Assembly: GCA_963674965.2 (NCBI GenBank)
Contig: CAXXFL010000005.1
Location: 384,001-448,000 of the forward strand
Origin: a bacterium
GTDB taxonomy: Bacteria; RBG-13-61-14; DATKZS01
DNA: 64,000 nt
Direction of reading: 5' to 3'
Part shown: positions 9,760 to 18,898 of the stretch, one piece after another
Layout: each line of letters opens with the position of its first letter
How positions within the stretch are numbered: position 1 is the stretch's first letter
Made by a program: the position numbers and the translations under genes
The notes under the pieces: generated by a model
Told to the model about the DNA's origin: nothing
The model's input: only the letters and a program-made list of their open reading frames with translations
The model's database searches: none

Positions 9760-12216
9760 TTACGCCTCTTCCTTGATTTTAAATTCCCTGACCAGCTCCT
9801 GCAGGTTTTCCGACTGGGTGGCCAGGTCCTTGGCCGATTTGGACAATTGCTGGACCGAGCTCAGGTTGGTCCTGGCGATCGAGCTTATGTTCTCGACCGC
9901 CCGCAGCACGTTGTCTCCTCCGGCCTTCTGCTCGATGGTCGCGTTCTTGACCTGCTGGGTCATCTGGGCCATGGACTCGGAGGCCCTTACCACCTGTTTC
10001 ACTCCTCCGGCCTGTTCCTTGGTGGCCATGGAAACGTCCTGGGTAAGCCGGTTCATCTCCTCGATGGCCTTCATGACCATCTCGGCGGCCTTGGACTGTT
10101 CCTGCACGGCGATGCCAGTTTCCTCGAGGTAGGTCTGGACTTTTTCCGCGCTGGCCTTGGTTTTTTCCATGGCGCTTCTGGACACGCCGGCCAAGGAGGA
10201 CCATTGTTTAGCTCCTCTTGTTCCCTCCTCGACGGTCCTTATGGCGGAGGCGGTGCTTTTCTGCACCTCCTTTATGACCTCGCCGATCTCCTTGGTGGCC
10301 TTGATGGACCGCTCGGCCAGTTTGCGCACCTCGTCGGCCACCACGGCGAACCCCCTGCCCGCGTCGCCGGCCCGGGCCGCCTCGATGGCGGCGTTCAGGG
10401 CCAGGAGGTTGGTCTGGTCGGCGATTTCCTCGATGACCTCGACGATGCCTCCGATGTCCTCCGATCTTTTACCCAGGGACTGTATTTCCTCGGAGACGCC
10501 CTCCATCATGGCGCTGACGTCGGTAATGGCGTCCAGGGTCTCGATGACGGCCTTGGAGGACGACTCGCTTTCGCGGGCGCCCACGTCGGCGTACTCGGAC
10601 ACCTGGAGCACGTTCTTTCCCACCCTCTCGACGTTGGCCACCATCTGCTCGATGGTGGTGATGGTCTCGGTCACGTTGGCGGCCATGGTCTCGGCGTTCC
10701 TGTTCACCCGGTCGGAGGTCACGCCCATCTGCTGAATGGAGGCGGTGGTCTCGTCCACGTTGGTGGCCAGCCCCTCGGCGTTGCGGGCCACGTTCTGGAT
10801 GCTGACGGCCATTTCCTCCATGGACGAGCCCGTCTGGTCGGCGGCGGTGGCCTGGTTCTGGGCTCCCCTGGTGATCTGCTCGGAGGCGGCGGCTATTTCG
10901 TCGGCGGCGGCGGCCACGGAGGCCGACGACCTTCTTATTCTGCCGACCATGGTCGACAGGTTGTCGGCCATGGAGTTGATGGAGGAGGCCAGGACCCCGA
11001 TCTCGTCTCCCCCCTTGGCCTCGACCCTTCTGGTAATGTTGCCCTGCCGGATGGAGTCGGCTATGTCCGCCATTTCCTTGATGGGAGAAGATATGGTGCC
11101 GGCCACGAACCAGATAAAGGCTATGGCGACGAGGGCCACCAGCAGTCCCACCACCACCTGCCAGAAGCTCTCCGAACGGCCCGAATCCTTGAGACGCGCC
11201 ACTATTTCCTCCGACTCGGCGGTGATGGCCTGCTTGGGCAGCAGCACCGACACGGACCAGGGGGTCTGGGAGTTGCCCAGGTGGATGGGAACGAATATGG
11301 CCAGATTATCGTCAATTTCACGAGTTACCTGTTCGCCCGCCCGAACGGCGGATACGGTAATTTCCGCCTCCTCGGGCCGGAGGTCGGCGAACTTTTTGCC
11401 CACGTACTCGGGGTTGTCGCTGGCCGCGGCGAATATGCCGTTATAGGAGACCACGGACACCGATCCTTTTCCCCCGTATATGGAGCCGTCCGCCTTTTCC
11501 GCCAAGGACTGGAGAAAGTCAAGCCTCAGGTCCACGCCGATCATGCCGTAGAAGTTTTCCTTGAACAAGATGGGAGAGATGGCCGTGGTCATCCAAACCA
11601 CCTCGTCGCCCACCGGATAAGGATATGGGTCTATCACGCATTCCCGGAGCGTCTCCTTGGGCCGAAGATAGTACTCGCCGACCCTCTGTCCGTTCTCGTC
11701 CTTTTCCTCGCTTTCGTATCCCTGGAGCGGCTCCATGGATATGGTCCCGTCGGGAGAGCGGAACCAATAGGGGACCATCCTGCCCGTGTGATCGTAACCG
11801 GGAGTGCCGGCGTAGATGTCGTCGAGCCCGTCCACGGCGTTGGGTTCCCAGCCGTTGCCGATCCCGACGAAGTCGGGGTTCTTCTCGAGCGCGCTTCTGA
11901 GAATCCCGTTGATACGGTCGCGGCCGATGTTGAGGTTTATCACGGGGTCCTTGATTCCCGAGAGGACCTGGGCCAGGGTGCGGGCCGAGTCAAGGGCGAC
12001 CTCGATGTTGGCCTTGATCTTGAACGCCTCGGCGTTGGCCTTGCCCATCACCTCTTCCCGGGCCCGGGCCTCGGCCGACTTGGTCAGGTCGTCCTGAAAC
12101 CTTTGCTGCCGTCCCGAGGAATAGGCCAGGCCGTAAACCACCAGCGAGGCCACGACCAGCACCAGGCAGATGGTCACGAGAAAAGCGATCCTAAACTGTA
12201 AAGACTGTATTTTCAT
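9760..12216 (-). CDS. Methyl-accepting chemotaxis protein (Cache sensor, HAMP, long signalling domain)
   Basis: Two TM segments; [14 protein letters not shown] Cache motif; [41 protein letters not shown]. Confidence 0.95.
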   Translation of the reverse strand: MKIQSLQFRIAFLVTICLVLVVASLVVYGLAYSSGRQQRFQDDLTKSAEARAREEVMGKANAEAFKIKANIEVALDSARTLAQVLSGIKDPVINLNIGRDRINGILRSALEKNPDFVGIGNGWEPNAVDGLDDIYAGTPGYDHTGRMVPYWFRSPDGTISMEPLQGYESEEKDENGQRVGEYYLRPKETLRECVIDPYPYPVGDEVVWMTTAISPILFKENFYGMIGVDLRLDFLQSLAEKADGSIYGGKGSVSVVSYNGIFAAASDNPEYVGKKFADLRPEEAEITVSAVRAGEQVTREIDDNLAIFVPIHLGNSQTPWSVSVLLPKQAITAESEEIVARLKDSGRSESFWQVVVGLLVALVAIAFIWFVAGTISSPIKEMADIADSIRQGNITRRVEAKGGDEIGVLASSINSMADNLSTMVGRIRRSSASVAAAADEIAAASEQITRGAQNQATAADQTGSSMEEMAVSIQNVARNAEGLATNVDETTASIQQMGVTSDRVNRNAETMAANVTETITTIEQMVANVERVGKNVLQVSEYADVGARESESSSKAVIETLDAITDVSAMMEGVSEEIQSLGKRSEDIGGIVEVIEEIADQTNLLALNAAIEAARAGDAGRGFAVVADEVRKLAERSIKATKEIGEVIKEVQKSTASAIRTVEEGTRGAKQWSSLAGVSRSAMEKTKASAEKVQTYLEETGIAVQEQSKAAEMVMKAIEEMNRLTQDVSMATKEQAGGVKQVVRASESMAQMTQQVKNATIEQKAGGDNVLRAVENISSIARTNLSSVQQLSKSAKDLATQSENLQELVREFKIKEEA

Positions 12217-12258
12217 AACGCCATTCCCTTCAGGGCCCCCGATCGGCGGCCGCTAAAA

Positions 12259-13269
12259 TCAGTTCCCCAGCGCTTTGGTCAGCGCTCCCGTATCCACGAG
12301 AGTTTTGCCGTCGAAGTCTTTCTTGAGCATGCCGTTCGACGCGAGAAACGCCTTGAGGCCGGTAAGGTATTGATCGAGTCCTCCCCCCTGCTTGTTGCGC
12401 TCGAGCAGCTCGGCCGAGCCGTGAATCTTCACGGAATCCAGCATCTCTTTCAAGTCCTTTTCCGAGTAGTCCGCGTCATTGGAGAAGGTCTTCTCGTTGA
12501 GGACCTTTTGATACTCGCCCCAGTTGGCCGATTGATTGAGCCACTCGGCGGCCTTGACGTACCCTTTGATTATCTTTACCAGGTCCTCGGGCGGAATTTC
12601 CGCGAGCACGTCGGTCCTGGCGAACATGCCCTCGGGAATGCATCCCGGATAAGTGGCGCTGGTGGCGGCGACCTCTCCGTCTCCCTCTCTTTCGGCGCGC
12701 AGGGCCTGGGGATCGTAGTTGACGATGACCGGAAGCCTGCCCGCGATAAAATTGTCCGAGAGAATTTCAGGGTCCATCTCGGCGACCTTGAAGTCGGAAA
12801 TCTTTTGGCCATGCTGGGAAAGGTAGAGGTTCAGAAAATACTCGATGGAGGGGGCCTGAATATAGACGCCCATGGCCGAGCCCTTCTTGGCCCCGAGGTC
12901 AACGCCCTTTTTGACGATGATCTTGTCCCCGCCGTGGGACCAGTCCGTCTCGGCCAGGATTTTTACCGGCTCGCCATTCATGTAAAGACCCACGATGGTG
13001 CCTATCATGTCGAAGCCAAGGTCGATGCGCTTTCCCTTGATCGCGGCGTGGACTTCCTGGTTGCTGTTGAAATTGAAAACCTTGACGTCCACGCCGGCCT
13101 CCTTGAAAAAGCCCTTGGCCTCGGCCACGTGGGCGGCGGACCAGCCGATCCACTGCACGGTCCCGACTTTATAAACCCGGCCCTCCTGGGCTTTGCCGAC
13201 CTCGGAAATACCCCCGAAAACAACCGCGACCAACGCCAGGGCCAGTAACGCGTACCCGAATTTCTTCAT
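12259..13269 (-). CDS. NMT1/THI5 (SsuA/TauA-like) solute-binding protein
   Basis: Signal peptide; WIGW..HVAEAKGFFKEAG; DWSHGGD. Confidence 0.8.
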   Translation of the reverse strand: MKKFGYALLALALVAVVFGGISEVGKAQEGRVYKVGTVQWIGWSAAHVAEAKGFFKEAGVDVKVFNFNSNQEVHAAIKGKRIDLGFDMIGTIVGLYMNGEPVKILAETDWSHGGDKIIVKKGVDLGAKKGSAMGVYIQAPSIEYFLNLYLSQHGQKISDFKVAEMDPEILSDNFIAGRLPVIVNYDPQALRAEREGDGEVAATSATYPGCIPEGMFARTDVLAEIPPEDLVKIIKGYVKAAEWLNQSANWGEYQKVLNEKTFSNDADYSEKDLKEMLDSVKIHGSAELLERNKQGGGLDQYLTGLKAFLASNGMLKKDFDGKTLVDTGALTKALGN

Positions 13270-13304
13270 GTCCGTCTCCTCTTTTTTTTTCCGATCCAGA
13301 GGGA

Positions 13305-13859
13305 TCAGCTTTTTAGAATCCCGTCAAGATCGATCAGGATTATTATCCTTTCCTCCAGTTTGACCACGCCTTTGATAAAGCTCTTTTCATCCTCGACCAG
13401 GTCCTCCGAGACCATCTCGATTTCCTCGGATCGAACGTTCATTACCTCCGAGACGGAATCGACCAGAAGCCCCATCAGCTTCTGTCCCGTCTCCGCCACC
13501 ACGATCCTGCTCGCCTTGTCCAGGACCGACGGCCCGAGGCCCAGTCTCTTTTTCAGCTCGATGGCGGGAATGATCTTTCCCCGCAGGTTGATGACGCCCA
13601 GAACGTGCCGGGCGGAGTTGGGCACCCTGGTAATCTCGCCCACCCTGTTTATTTCCCTGACCCTGTCGATGGGAAGCCCGTATTCCTCCCGGTCCATGAA
13701 AAAGGTCACGATCTTGATCTCGGCCGAGCTTTTTTCCTCCTCCATCTCGATCGGGTCCGGTCCCTCGCCAAGGGACTCGAGTATGTCCTCGGCCAGGCCG
13801 TAGGGCGGCAAGACGATTTTCTTCTTGCCCTCTCCCGGTCTTTTCCCTTTTTCGTCCAT
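13305..13859 (-). CDS. cheW: CheW coupling protein
   Basis: IVTFFMDREEYGLPIDRVREI; GVINLRGKIIP; GLLVDSVSEV. Confidence 0.93.
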   Translation of the reverse strand: MDEKGKRPGEGKKKIVLPPYGLAEDILESLGEGPDPIEMEEEKSSAEIKIVTFFMDREEYGLPIDRVREINRVGEITRVPNSARHVLGVINLRGKIIPAIELKKRLGLGPSVLDKASRIVVAETGQKLMGLLVDSVSEVMNVRSEEIEMVSEDLVEDEKSFIKGVVKLEERIIILIDLDGILKS

Positions 13860-13880
13860 GGACTTTTTACCTCCGGCCGC

Positions 13881-14255
13881 TCAGTCCCGACCGACCAGTT
13901 TTTCCACCAGTTCCCGGATTTGTTCCGGTTTCCAGGGTTTCTTGACGTAGGCGTCGGCGCCCAGTTTGAGGGCCTTCATGATGTCCTCGTCCTTGCCCTC
14001 GGTGCTTATCACGATGGTGGGAATATGGCCGAACCCGCCTTTTTCTCTCTCCTCGAGAAAGGCCAAACCGTTCATCTTCGGCATGTTTATATCGAGCAGG
14101 ATAAGCTCGACGTCGCCCTCGAGGGAGAGCTTGTCCATGGCCTCGAGCCCGTTTCCCGCCGTTACCAGCTTGCAACCGGCGTAGCCGGCGAAAATAGGGC
14201 GGTACATTTTCGCCTGCAGGGCCGAGTCCTCGACTATCAATACTTTTTTAAGCAT
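13881..14255 (-). CDS. cheY: Single-domain CheY-like response regulator
   Basis: Start re-called at MLKKVL (ATG 14255), overlapping the cheA stop; LLDINMP, STEG, KKP. Confidence 0.85.
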   Translation of the reverse strand: MLKKVLIVEDSALQAKMYRPIFAGYAGCKLVTAGNGLEAMDKLSLEGDVELILLDINMPKMNGLAFLEEREKGGFGHIPTIVISTEGKDEDIMKALKLGADAYVKKPWKPEQIRELVEKLVGRD

Positions 14256-15927
14256 TTCGTATCTCCGCGACTCCTTCCTTGTCAATTCCGCGCCTGCCCA
14301 TCTCGATAAGCCTGGGCACGTCAACTATCAGTATCACCTTGCCGTCTCCCAGCACCGTGGCCCCCGCCACTCCCAGCGACTCGCCCAGGTACTCGTCAAG
14401 GGCCTTTATGACTATCTCCTGCTGGCCGACGAGGGAGTCCACCACCAGGCCGGCCCGGCCCTTGGCGCTCTCGACCACCACCACGTACTTGTTCTCCCCG
14501 AAGGCCGAGACCATGCCCAGGGCCTCGTCCATCCTAACCAGGGGCAGGACGCCCTCGCGCAAAGTGACGACCTCGCGATGGTTGACGTAGTGTATCTTCT
14601 CGGACTCGAGTCGGAAGCTCTCGATTACACCGGTAAGGGGGACCGCGTACAATTCCTCCTGGACCCGCACCAGGAGGGCGTTGACGATGGCGAGGGTAAG
14701 GGGAAGCTTGATCACGAACCTGGTACCGAAGCCTTTCTCGCTTTGCACCTCGATCTGGCCGTTGATCGAGGCCAGGCTGTTCTTCACCACGTCCATGCCC
14801 ACGCCGCGGCCGGAGATTTCCGTGACCCCGGCCGAGCTCGAGAGTCCGGGAATGAAAATTAGGTCGGAGTTGGATTTGCGCTCGAGTTCCTCGGCCGTCA
14901 GAATCCCGGCCTCCAGGGCCTTTCTGGCCAGGGCCTCGTAATCGACTCCCTTTCCGTCGTCCTCCACGGAGATGATGATGTGGTTGGACTCCTGGAAGGC
15001 CTTGATGCCCAAAAGGCCCCGCTCGGGCTTGCCCGCCTGCAGCCTCTCCTCGGGGGTCTCGATCCCGTGATCGACCGCGTTCCGGACAAGATGGAGGAGG
15101 GGGTCGCCGATCTCGTCTATCACGGACTTGTCAAGCTCGGTGTCCTCCCCCTCGATCTTGAGGGAGATATCCTTGCCCGAGTCCTGGGAAAGGTCCCGCA
15201 CGAAGCGGGGAAAACGAGTGAACACCTGCCGGATGGGAAGCATCCTCGCCTTCATAACCGCCTCGTGGAGCTCGGTGGTTACCTTGCCTATCCTCTCCAC
15301 CGCGTCGCCGAGTTCAAGGACAAGGCCTTTTTCGCCGAGCGTTTCCTTGATCTCGTGGTCGATCCTGCCCAGACGAGTGCGATGGATAACGAGTTCCCCC
15401 ACCAGGTCCAGTATGCCGTCGAGTCTTTTAAAGTCCACGCGCAGGACGTCGCTTTTGCGGGAAAAAAGGCCGGCGTCCCGGCCGCGTCCGGGTCCTTTTC
15501 CGGTTTTCGCGGGTGAAGGCGACTCCGCGGCGTTCAGGATGAATTCGTCCAGCGCCCCGTACTCCTCGTCCATGGGGGGAGAGGCGGGGGACTCCGGCAA
15601 TATGGAATCCACGGCGCGCCTGATGGCGTCCACCGCGTGGAACAGGAAATCGGCCACCTCGCTCTCGGGGTATATCTGGCCGGATTGAACGTGCTTGAAA
15701 AGGTCCTCGAGGCGATGGACGTAGGTCTGGATGGTCTTGAAGCCCATCATGCCCGAGTTGCCCTTGAAGGTGTGAAGAACGCCCAGGGCGTCCGCCACGG
15801 ATTCCTGATCGAAACCCTGGTCCAGGTCCCGCTCGATCCGGATAATCAGGTCCTCGAAAATCTCGAGGAATTCCCTCGAGTCCTCAAGGTATTCGCGTAC
15901 AAGTTCCTCGTGCCCGCTGAAGGTCAT
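14248..15927 (-). CDS. cheA: CheA histidine kinase (Hpt, dimerisation, HATPase, CheW; no obvious P2)
   Basis: LHTFKGNSGMMG, HLVRNAVDHGIE, SGRGVGMDVV, LPLTLAI. Confidence 0.95.
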   Translation of the reverse strand: MTFSGHEELVREYLEDSREFLEIFEDLIIRIERDLDQGFDQESVADALGVLHTFKGNSGMMGFKTIQTYVHRLEDLFKHVQSGQIYPESEVADFLFHAVDAIRRAVDSILPESPASPPMDEEYGALDEFILNAAESPSPAKTGKGPGRGRDAGLFSRKSDVLRVDFKRLDGILDLVGELVIHRTRLGRIDHEIKETLGEKGLVLELGDAVERIGKVTTELHEAVMKARMLPIRQVFTRFPRFVRDLSQDSGKDISLKIEGEDTELDKSVIDEIGDPLLHLVRNAVDHGIETPEERLQAGKPERGLLGIKAFQESNHIIISVEDDGKGVDYEALARKALEAGILTAEELERKSNSDLIFIPGLSSSAGVTEISGRGVGMDVVKNSLASINGQIEVQSEKGFGTRFVIKLPLTLAIVNALLVRVQEELYAVPLTGVIESFRLESEKIHYVNHREVVTLREGVLPLVRMDEALGMVSAFGENKYVVVVESAKGRAGLVVDSLVGQQEIVIKALDEYLGESLGVAGATVLGDGKVILIVDVPRLIEMGRRGIDKEGVAEIRNA

Positions 15928-15936
15928 GGGGATGCC

Positions 15937-16329
15937 TTAAATCGCTTGGGCCGTCTTTTTCTCGAATATTTTCTCGATCAGCTCGTGAAGCCGGGAGGAC
16001 TGAAAGGGCTTCACGATATAGCCGCTGGCCCCTATTTTTATCGCCCGCAGAGTGTCCTCCTCCTTGCCTTCCGTGCTTATGACGATCACGGGTATTTGGA
16101 CGCTCTCCTTCTTTTTTCTGAATTTTCTCAGGAACTCGAGTCCGTTCATTATTGGCATGTTGATGTCCAGGAGAACGAGGTCGAAATCGGTCTCGCGCTC
16201 GAAAACGTCGAGCGCTTCCCTCCCGTTCATGGCCGAGGTCATGCAGCATCCGGCGTATTTCCTGAGCATGATTCGATACATATTGTGAATAAGCTCGGAA
16301 TCGTCAACTACCAATACTTTCTTCAACAT
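15937..16329 (-). CDS. cheY: Single-domain CheY-like response regulator, close paralog of 13881-14255
   Basis: VVDDS, LLDINMP, STEG, VKPF. Confidence 0.88.
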   Translation of the reverse strand: MLKKVLVVDDSELIHNMYRIMLRKYAGCCMTSAMNGREALDVFERETDFDLVLLDINMPIMNGLEFLRKFRKKKESVQIPVIVISTEGKEEDTLRAIKIGASGYIVKPFQSSRLHELIEKIFEKKTAQAI

Positions 16330-16484
16330 GGTTTCCTCTCCAGTTGGCGCCCTTTGCGGCGGGCCGCCCAGAATCGTCTCGTTACAAACTATTTGCCAAG
16401 TTGTGGTTTGAAGGCTTTGGGGTCTATCGCGATGGCGGGTCGTCTCGAACCCTTGATCAGCCGAAGGGCCTTTTTATGGACGCG

Positions 16485-16856
16485 TTACAACTCGATCCCC
16501 AACTCCGATATCTTATCTTTGAGGACGCGAAGATCGATAGGCTTGTCAAAATAATAATACGCGCCTTTTTCGTAGGCCTCTTTTTTGATTTCGGGAGACC
16601 CATAACCGGTCATCAATATGACCTCGGTTTCCGGACTGTGGTCCTTGACGAAGGGCAAAAGCTCGAGACCCTCCATGCCCAGGACCCCAGTCAGCCGAAG
16701 ATCGGCCAATACCAAGTCGAACCTGGTATTTTTAACGGCATACTCGGCTTCCTCGATCCTGCTCGCGGTAATCACCTCATTGTCGCCTCCGCGAAAAAAT
16801 TTACCCAGCATGGTAAGTATGCTTTGCTCATCGTCCACAATCAGGATGCGTTTCAT
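16485..16856 (-). CDS. Single-domain response regulator
   Basis: IVDDE, LADLRL, MTGYG, DKP. Confidence 0.88.
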   Translation of the reverse strand: MKRILIVDDEQSILTMLGKFFRGGDNEVITASRIEEAEYAVKNTRFDLVLADLRLTGVLGMEGLELLPFVKDHSPETEVILMTGYGSPEIKKEAYEKGAYYYFDKPIDLRVLKDKISELGIEL

Positions 16857-16929
16857 GGCGATTTTATTCCCCTTTTTTCCAAAACGTTGCTTTCTATAAA
16901 GCTTCCGTCGTCTCTCGAAATATTAGTAA

Positions 16930-16945
16930 AGCAACTATCGGGCCA
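16930..16945 (-). promoter_or_regulatory. Sigma-54 (-24/-12) promoter for the chemosensory cluster
   Basis: Minus strand TGGCCCG-ATAG-TTGCT, exact GG-N10-GC spacing, about 75 bp upstream of the first gene. Confidence 0.7.
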
Positions 16946-17017
16946 TGAAGAAAGAAAGATTAATTTGCAATCTTATCGGGCCGTTGCGGGCAAGCAGTAA
17001 AAAGCGGATAAAAAAAT

Positions 17018-17034
17018 CGTCGCGAAAAGCGACG
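17018..17034. promoter_or_regulatory. Palindromic enhancer-like site (copy A)
   Basis: CGTCGC-GAAAA-GCGACG about 75-90 bp upstream of the sigma-54 site; 16/17 match to the inverted copy at 18864. Confidence 0.5.
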
Positions 17035-17201
17035 GCTCTCATGCAAAAAGCATATTCACATTTGCCATCTTTATTGGCAAAATAGTATTAGATTGCCCGC
17101 TACCGAGGAAATATTCGCGTCCTCAATGAGATTATTATTGAGATTCAAAAGCTTATGATATAGCCTCTTGCAAAATTCCCGCTTTGGAGTGCGGCGGCTC
17201 G

Positions 17202-18649
17202 TGTACAGACCGGAGACATGCTTCACAAGTGTTCGGGCACATAGGTAACATATTTCCTCGCTTGCTCGCGCTCCTGCTATTGACCTATTTTTCCTCGACC
17301 TAAGTTTATCTATGCATCGATCACGTGGCCAGTCAAGGGCGGCGCAGCCGTCCCGCAGGGATTTACCCTTGACGGGCCTCGTGGAGATGCTATCGTCCTC
17401 ATGGTCGAGAAAACCTTTTATCACGTTTGCCTCCAGCTATGGTCTCGCAGATCGACGACCATGATCCGTTGGCGGCAGTAATAAACCTCGATCACGCCGT
17501 CCACTTGTGTATTTCGCAAGCCGACCTTTTCACCAACGAAGGCCCGCCCCACCGGATAAAACTCGCCTTTGATTCTAACCGCCCCGCCCGGGTTCACCTT
17601 GCAAGTCGGCCAATCATCCCGATACCAGACTTCGGGCAGAGTCTCGGGATAGGCAAAGGGGCTCATCGCGTAACGGCTGGCCGGCGTGTTCATGTCCAGG
17701 GCCTCGTGGGGACGTTCATGGTTATAGCAGTCGCGAAAACGGTCGAAGGCTTTCTGACAGTCGTTCAGGTCGCCGAAGTTGCGTCCCCTTATCGCCTCCT
17801 CCTTAAGGGTCCGGTTGAACCGCTCGTTCTTGCCCTGGGTCTGGGGATGAAAGGGACGGCCGTGGCTGATGCCGACGCCGAGCCTGATCAGCCAGGCGCT
17901 CATGTAGTTGTAACGCGAGTTCGGCGCGCAGAAGCTCGATCCGTTGTCGGTAAGTATGCGGCTGGGCAGGCCGTAGCGCATGAAGACCGGCGCCAGGCTT
18001 GCCCGCACGGTGTCCGCCCGTTCGTTGGAGCAGGCGGTGACCGTCAACGCGAACCTGGAGTGGTCGTCCACCACGGTGAGAGGGTGACAGGAACCGGCCG
18101 CCGTCGGAAAATGTCCCTTGAAATCCATCTGCCACAACTGGTTGGGAGCCTCTCGTTCGAAACGCTTCATGGGACCGCGAGCCTTGCGCTGGGCGTCCCG
18201 CAGCCTGCCGTTGCGGTCGAGGATCGCCGTGATCGTGCTCGGCCTTGGCACTTCGTCGTGACCAAGATCGATCAGCCGCCGCTCGATTTTGCGCCCTCCC
18301 CAGGTCGGATGCTCGTCGCGAACCGAAAGCACCAACTGCTCGACCTCCGGGCAAACACGCTGGGGAGATCGCCTGGGACGGCGGGACCTGTCACATGCCC
18401 AGTCCTCTTCACCGCTTTGCCCACGGCTGATCCACTTGTAGCCGGTGCGGCGACTGATACCGAATCGACGGCATAACTCGCTTATGTTGGAACCTGGCTG
18501 CATCGCTAAATAAACAAAATCCTTCCTCTGAGACACTTCGGTAACCTCATTCCATGGCATCTTTCTTCTCCTGTATTGACATACAGAAGAATGTACCAAC
18601 TGTTACCCATGTCTCCGAACACCTGTTACCCATGTCTCCGGTCTGTACA
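17202..18649 (-). mobile_element. Complete IS481-family element
   Basis: Perfect 19-bp TIR TGTACAGACCGGAGACATG, TGT...ACA ends, internal repeats of the TIR motif, CTCG duplication at 17198-17201 and 18650-18653. Confidence 0.92.
17421..18560 (-). CDS. IS481-family DDE transposase
   Basis: MPWNEV start (ATG 18560); HTH ELCRRFGISRRTGYKW; WQMDFKG, TDNG, QGKNERFNRTLK, YNHERPH. Confidence 0.95.
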   Translation of the reverse strand: MPWNEVTEVSQRKDFVYLAMQPGSNISELCRRFGISRRTGYKWISRGQSGEEDWACDRSRRPRRSPQRVCPEVEQLVLSVRDEHPTWGGRKIERRLIDLGHDEVPRPSTITAILDRNGRLRDAQRKARGPMKRFEREAPNQLWQMDFKGHFPTAAGSCHPLTVVDDHSRFALTVTACSNERADTVRASLAPVFMRYGLPSRILTDNGSSFCAPNSRYNYMSAWLIRLGVGISHGRPFHPQTQGKNERFNRTLKEEAIRGRNFGDLNDCQKAFDRFRDCYNHERPHEALDMNTPASRYAMSPFAYPETLPEVWYRDDWPTCKVNPGGAVRIKGEFYPVGRAFVGEKVGLRNTQVDGVIEVYYCRQRIMVVDLRDHSWRQT

Positions 18650-18863
18650 CTCGACGCCGCTTTTCTTCCGAGCGGCTTGACGCGAGGCAAGCCGGTGTAT
18701 TAATAGGCCTTGTCAAGCCAAGGCCATCGAAAGCGGTCTCAAGCGACCGCACTCCAAAGCGGCTATGCCGCAAAGAAAAGTACTTTTGCAAGAAGCTCGA
18801 TATTCTTCGCCGGACCGTTTATGAGCGCCGGCCACGTTGTTTGAAAATGATCGCGTTGGCTAC

Positions 18864-18880
18864 CGTCGTTTTTCGCGACG
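18864..18880. promoter_or_regulatory. Palindromic enhancer-like site (copy B)
   Basis: CGTCGTTTTTCGCGACG, inverted 16/17 match to 17018-17034. Confidence 0.4.
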
Positions 18881-18898
18881 GCCGCATACCGAGCAAAA

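Larger units (their letters stand above)
17161..18798 (+). mobile_element. 186-bp MITE copy 1, interrupted by IS481
   Basis: Halves 17161-17201 and 18654-18798 rejoin to the same 186 bp as 47585-47770; flanked by GATA direct repeats (17157-17160, 18799-18802). Confidence 0.85.

Noticed and set aside
9847-12201. Long antisense ORFs (also 5832-7679, 27394-29025, 34931-36829, 50403-52001)
   Set aside because: Shadows of well-supported genes in GC-rich DNA, with no domain motifs
16967-16984. Second sigma-54-like site CGGCCCGATAAGATTGCA
   Set aside because: GG to GC spacing is 12 rather than 10
17071-17424. 117-aa passenger ORF in IS481
   Set aside because: Runs through the TIR and MITE into flanking DNA, so it is not element-encoded
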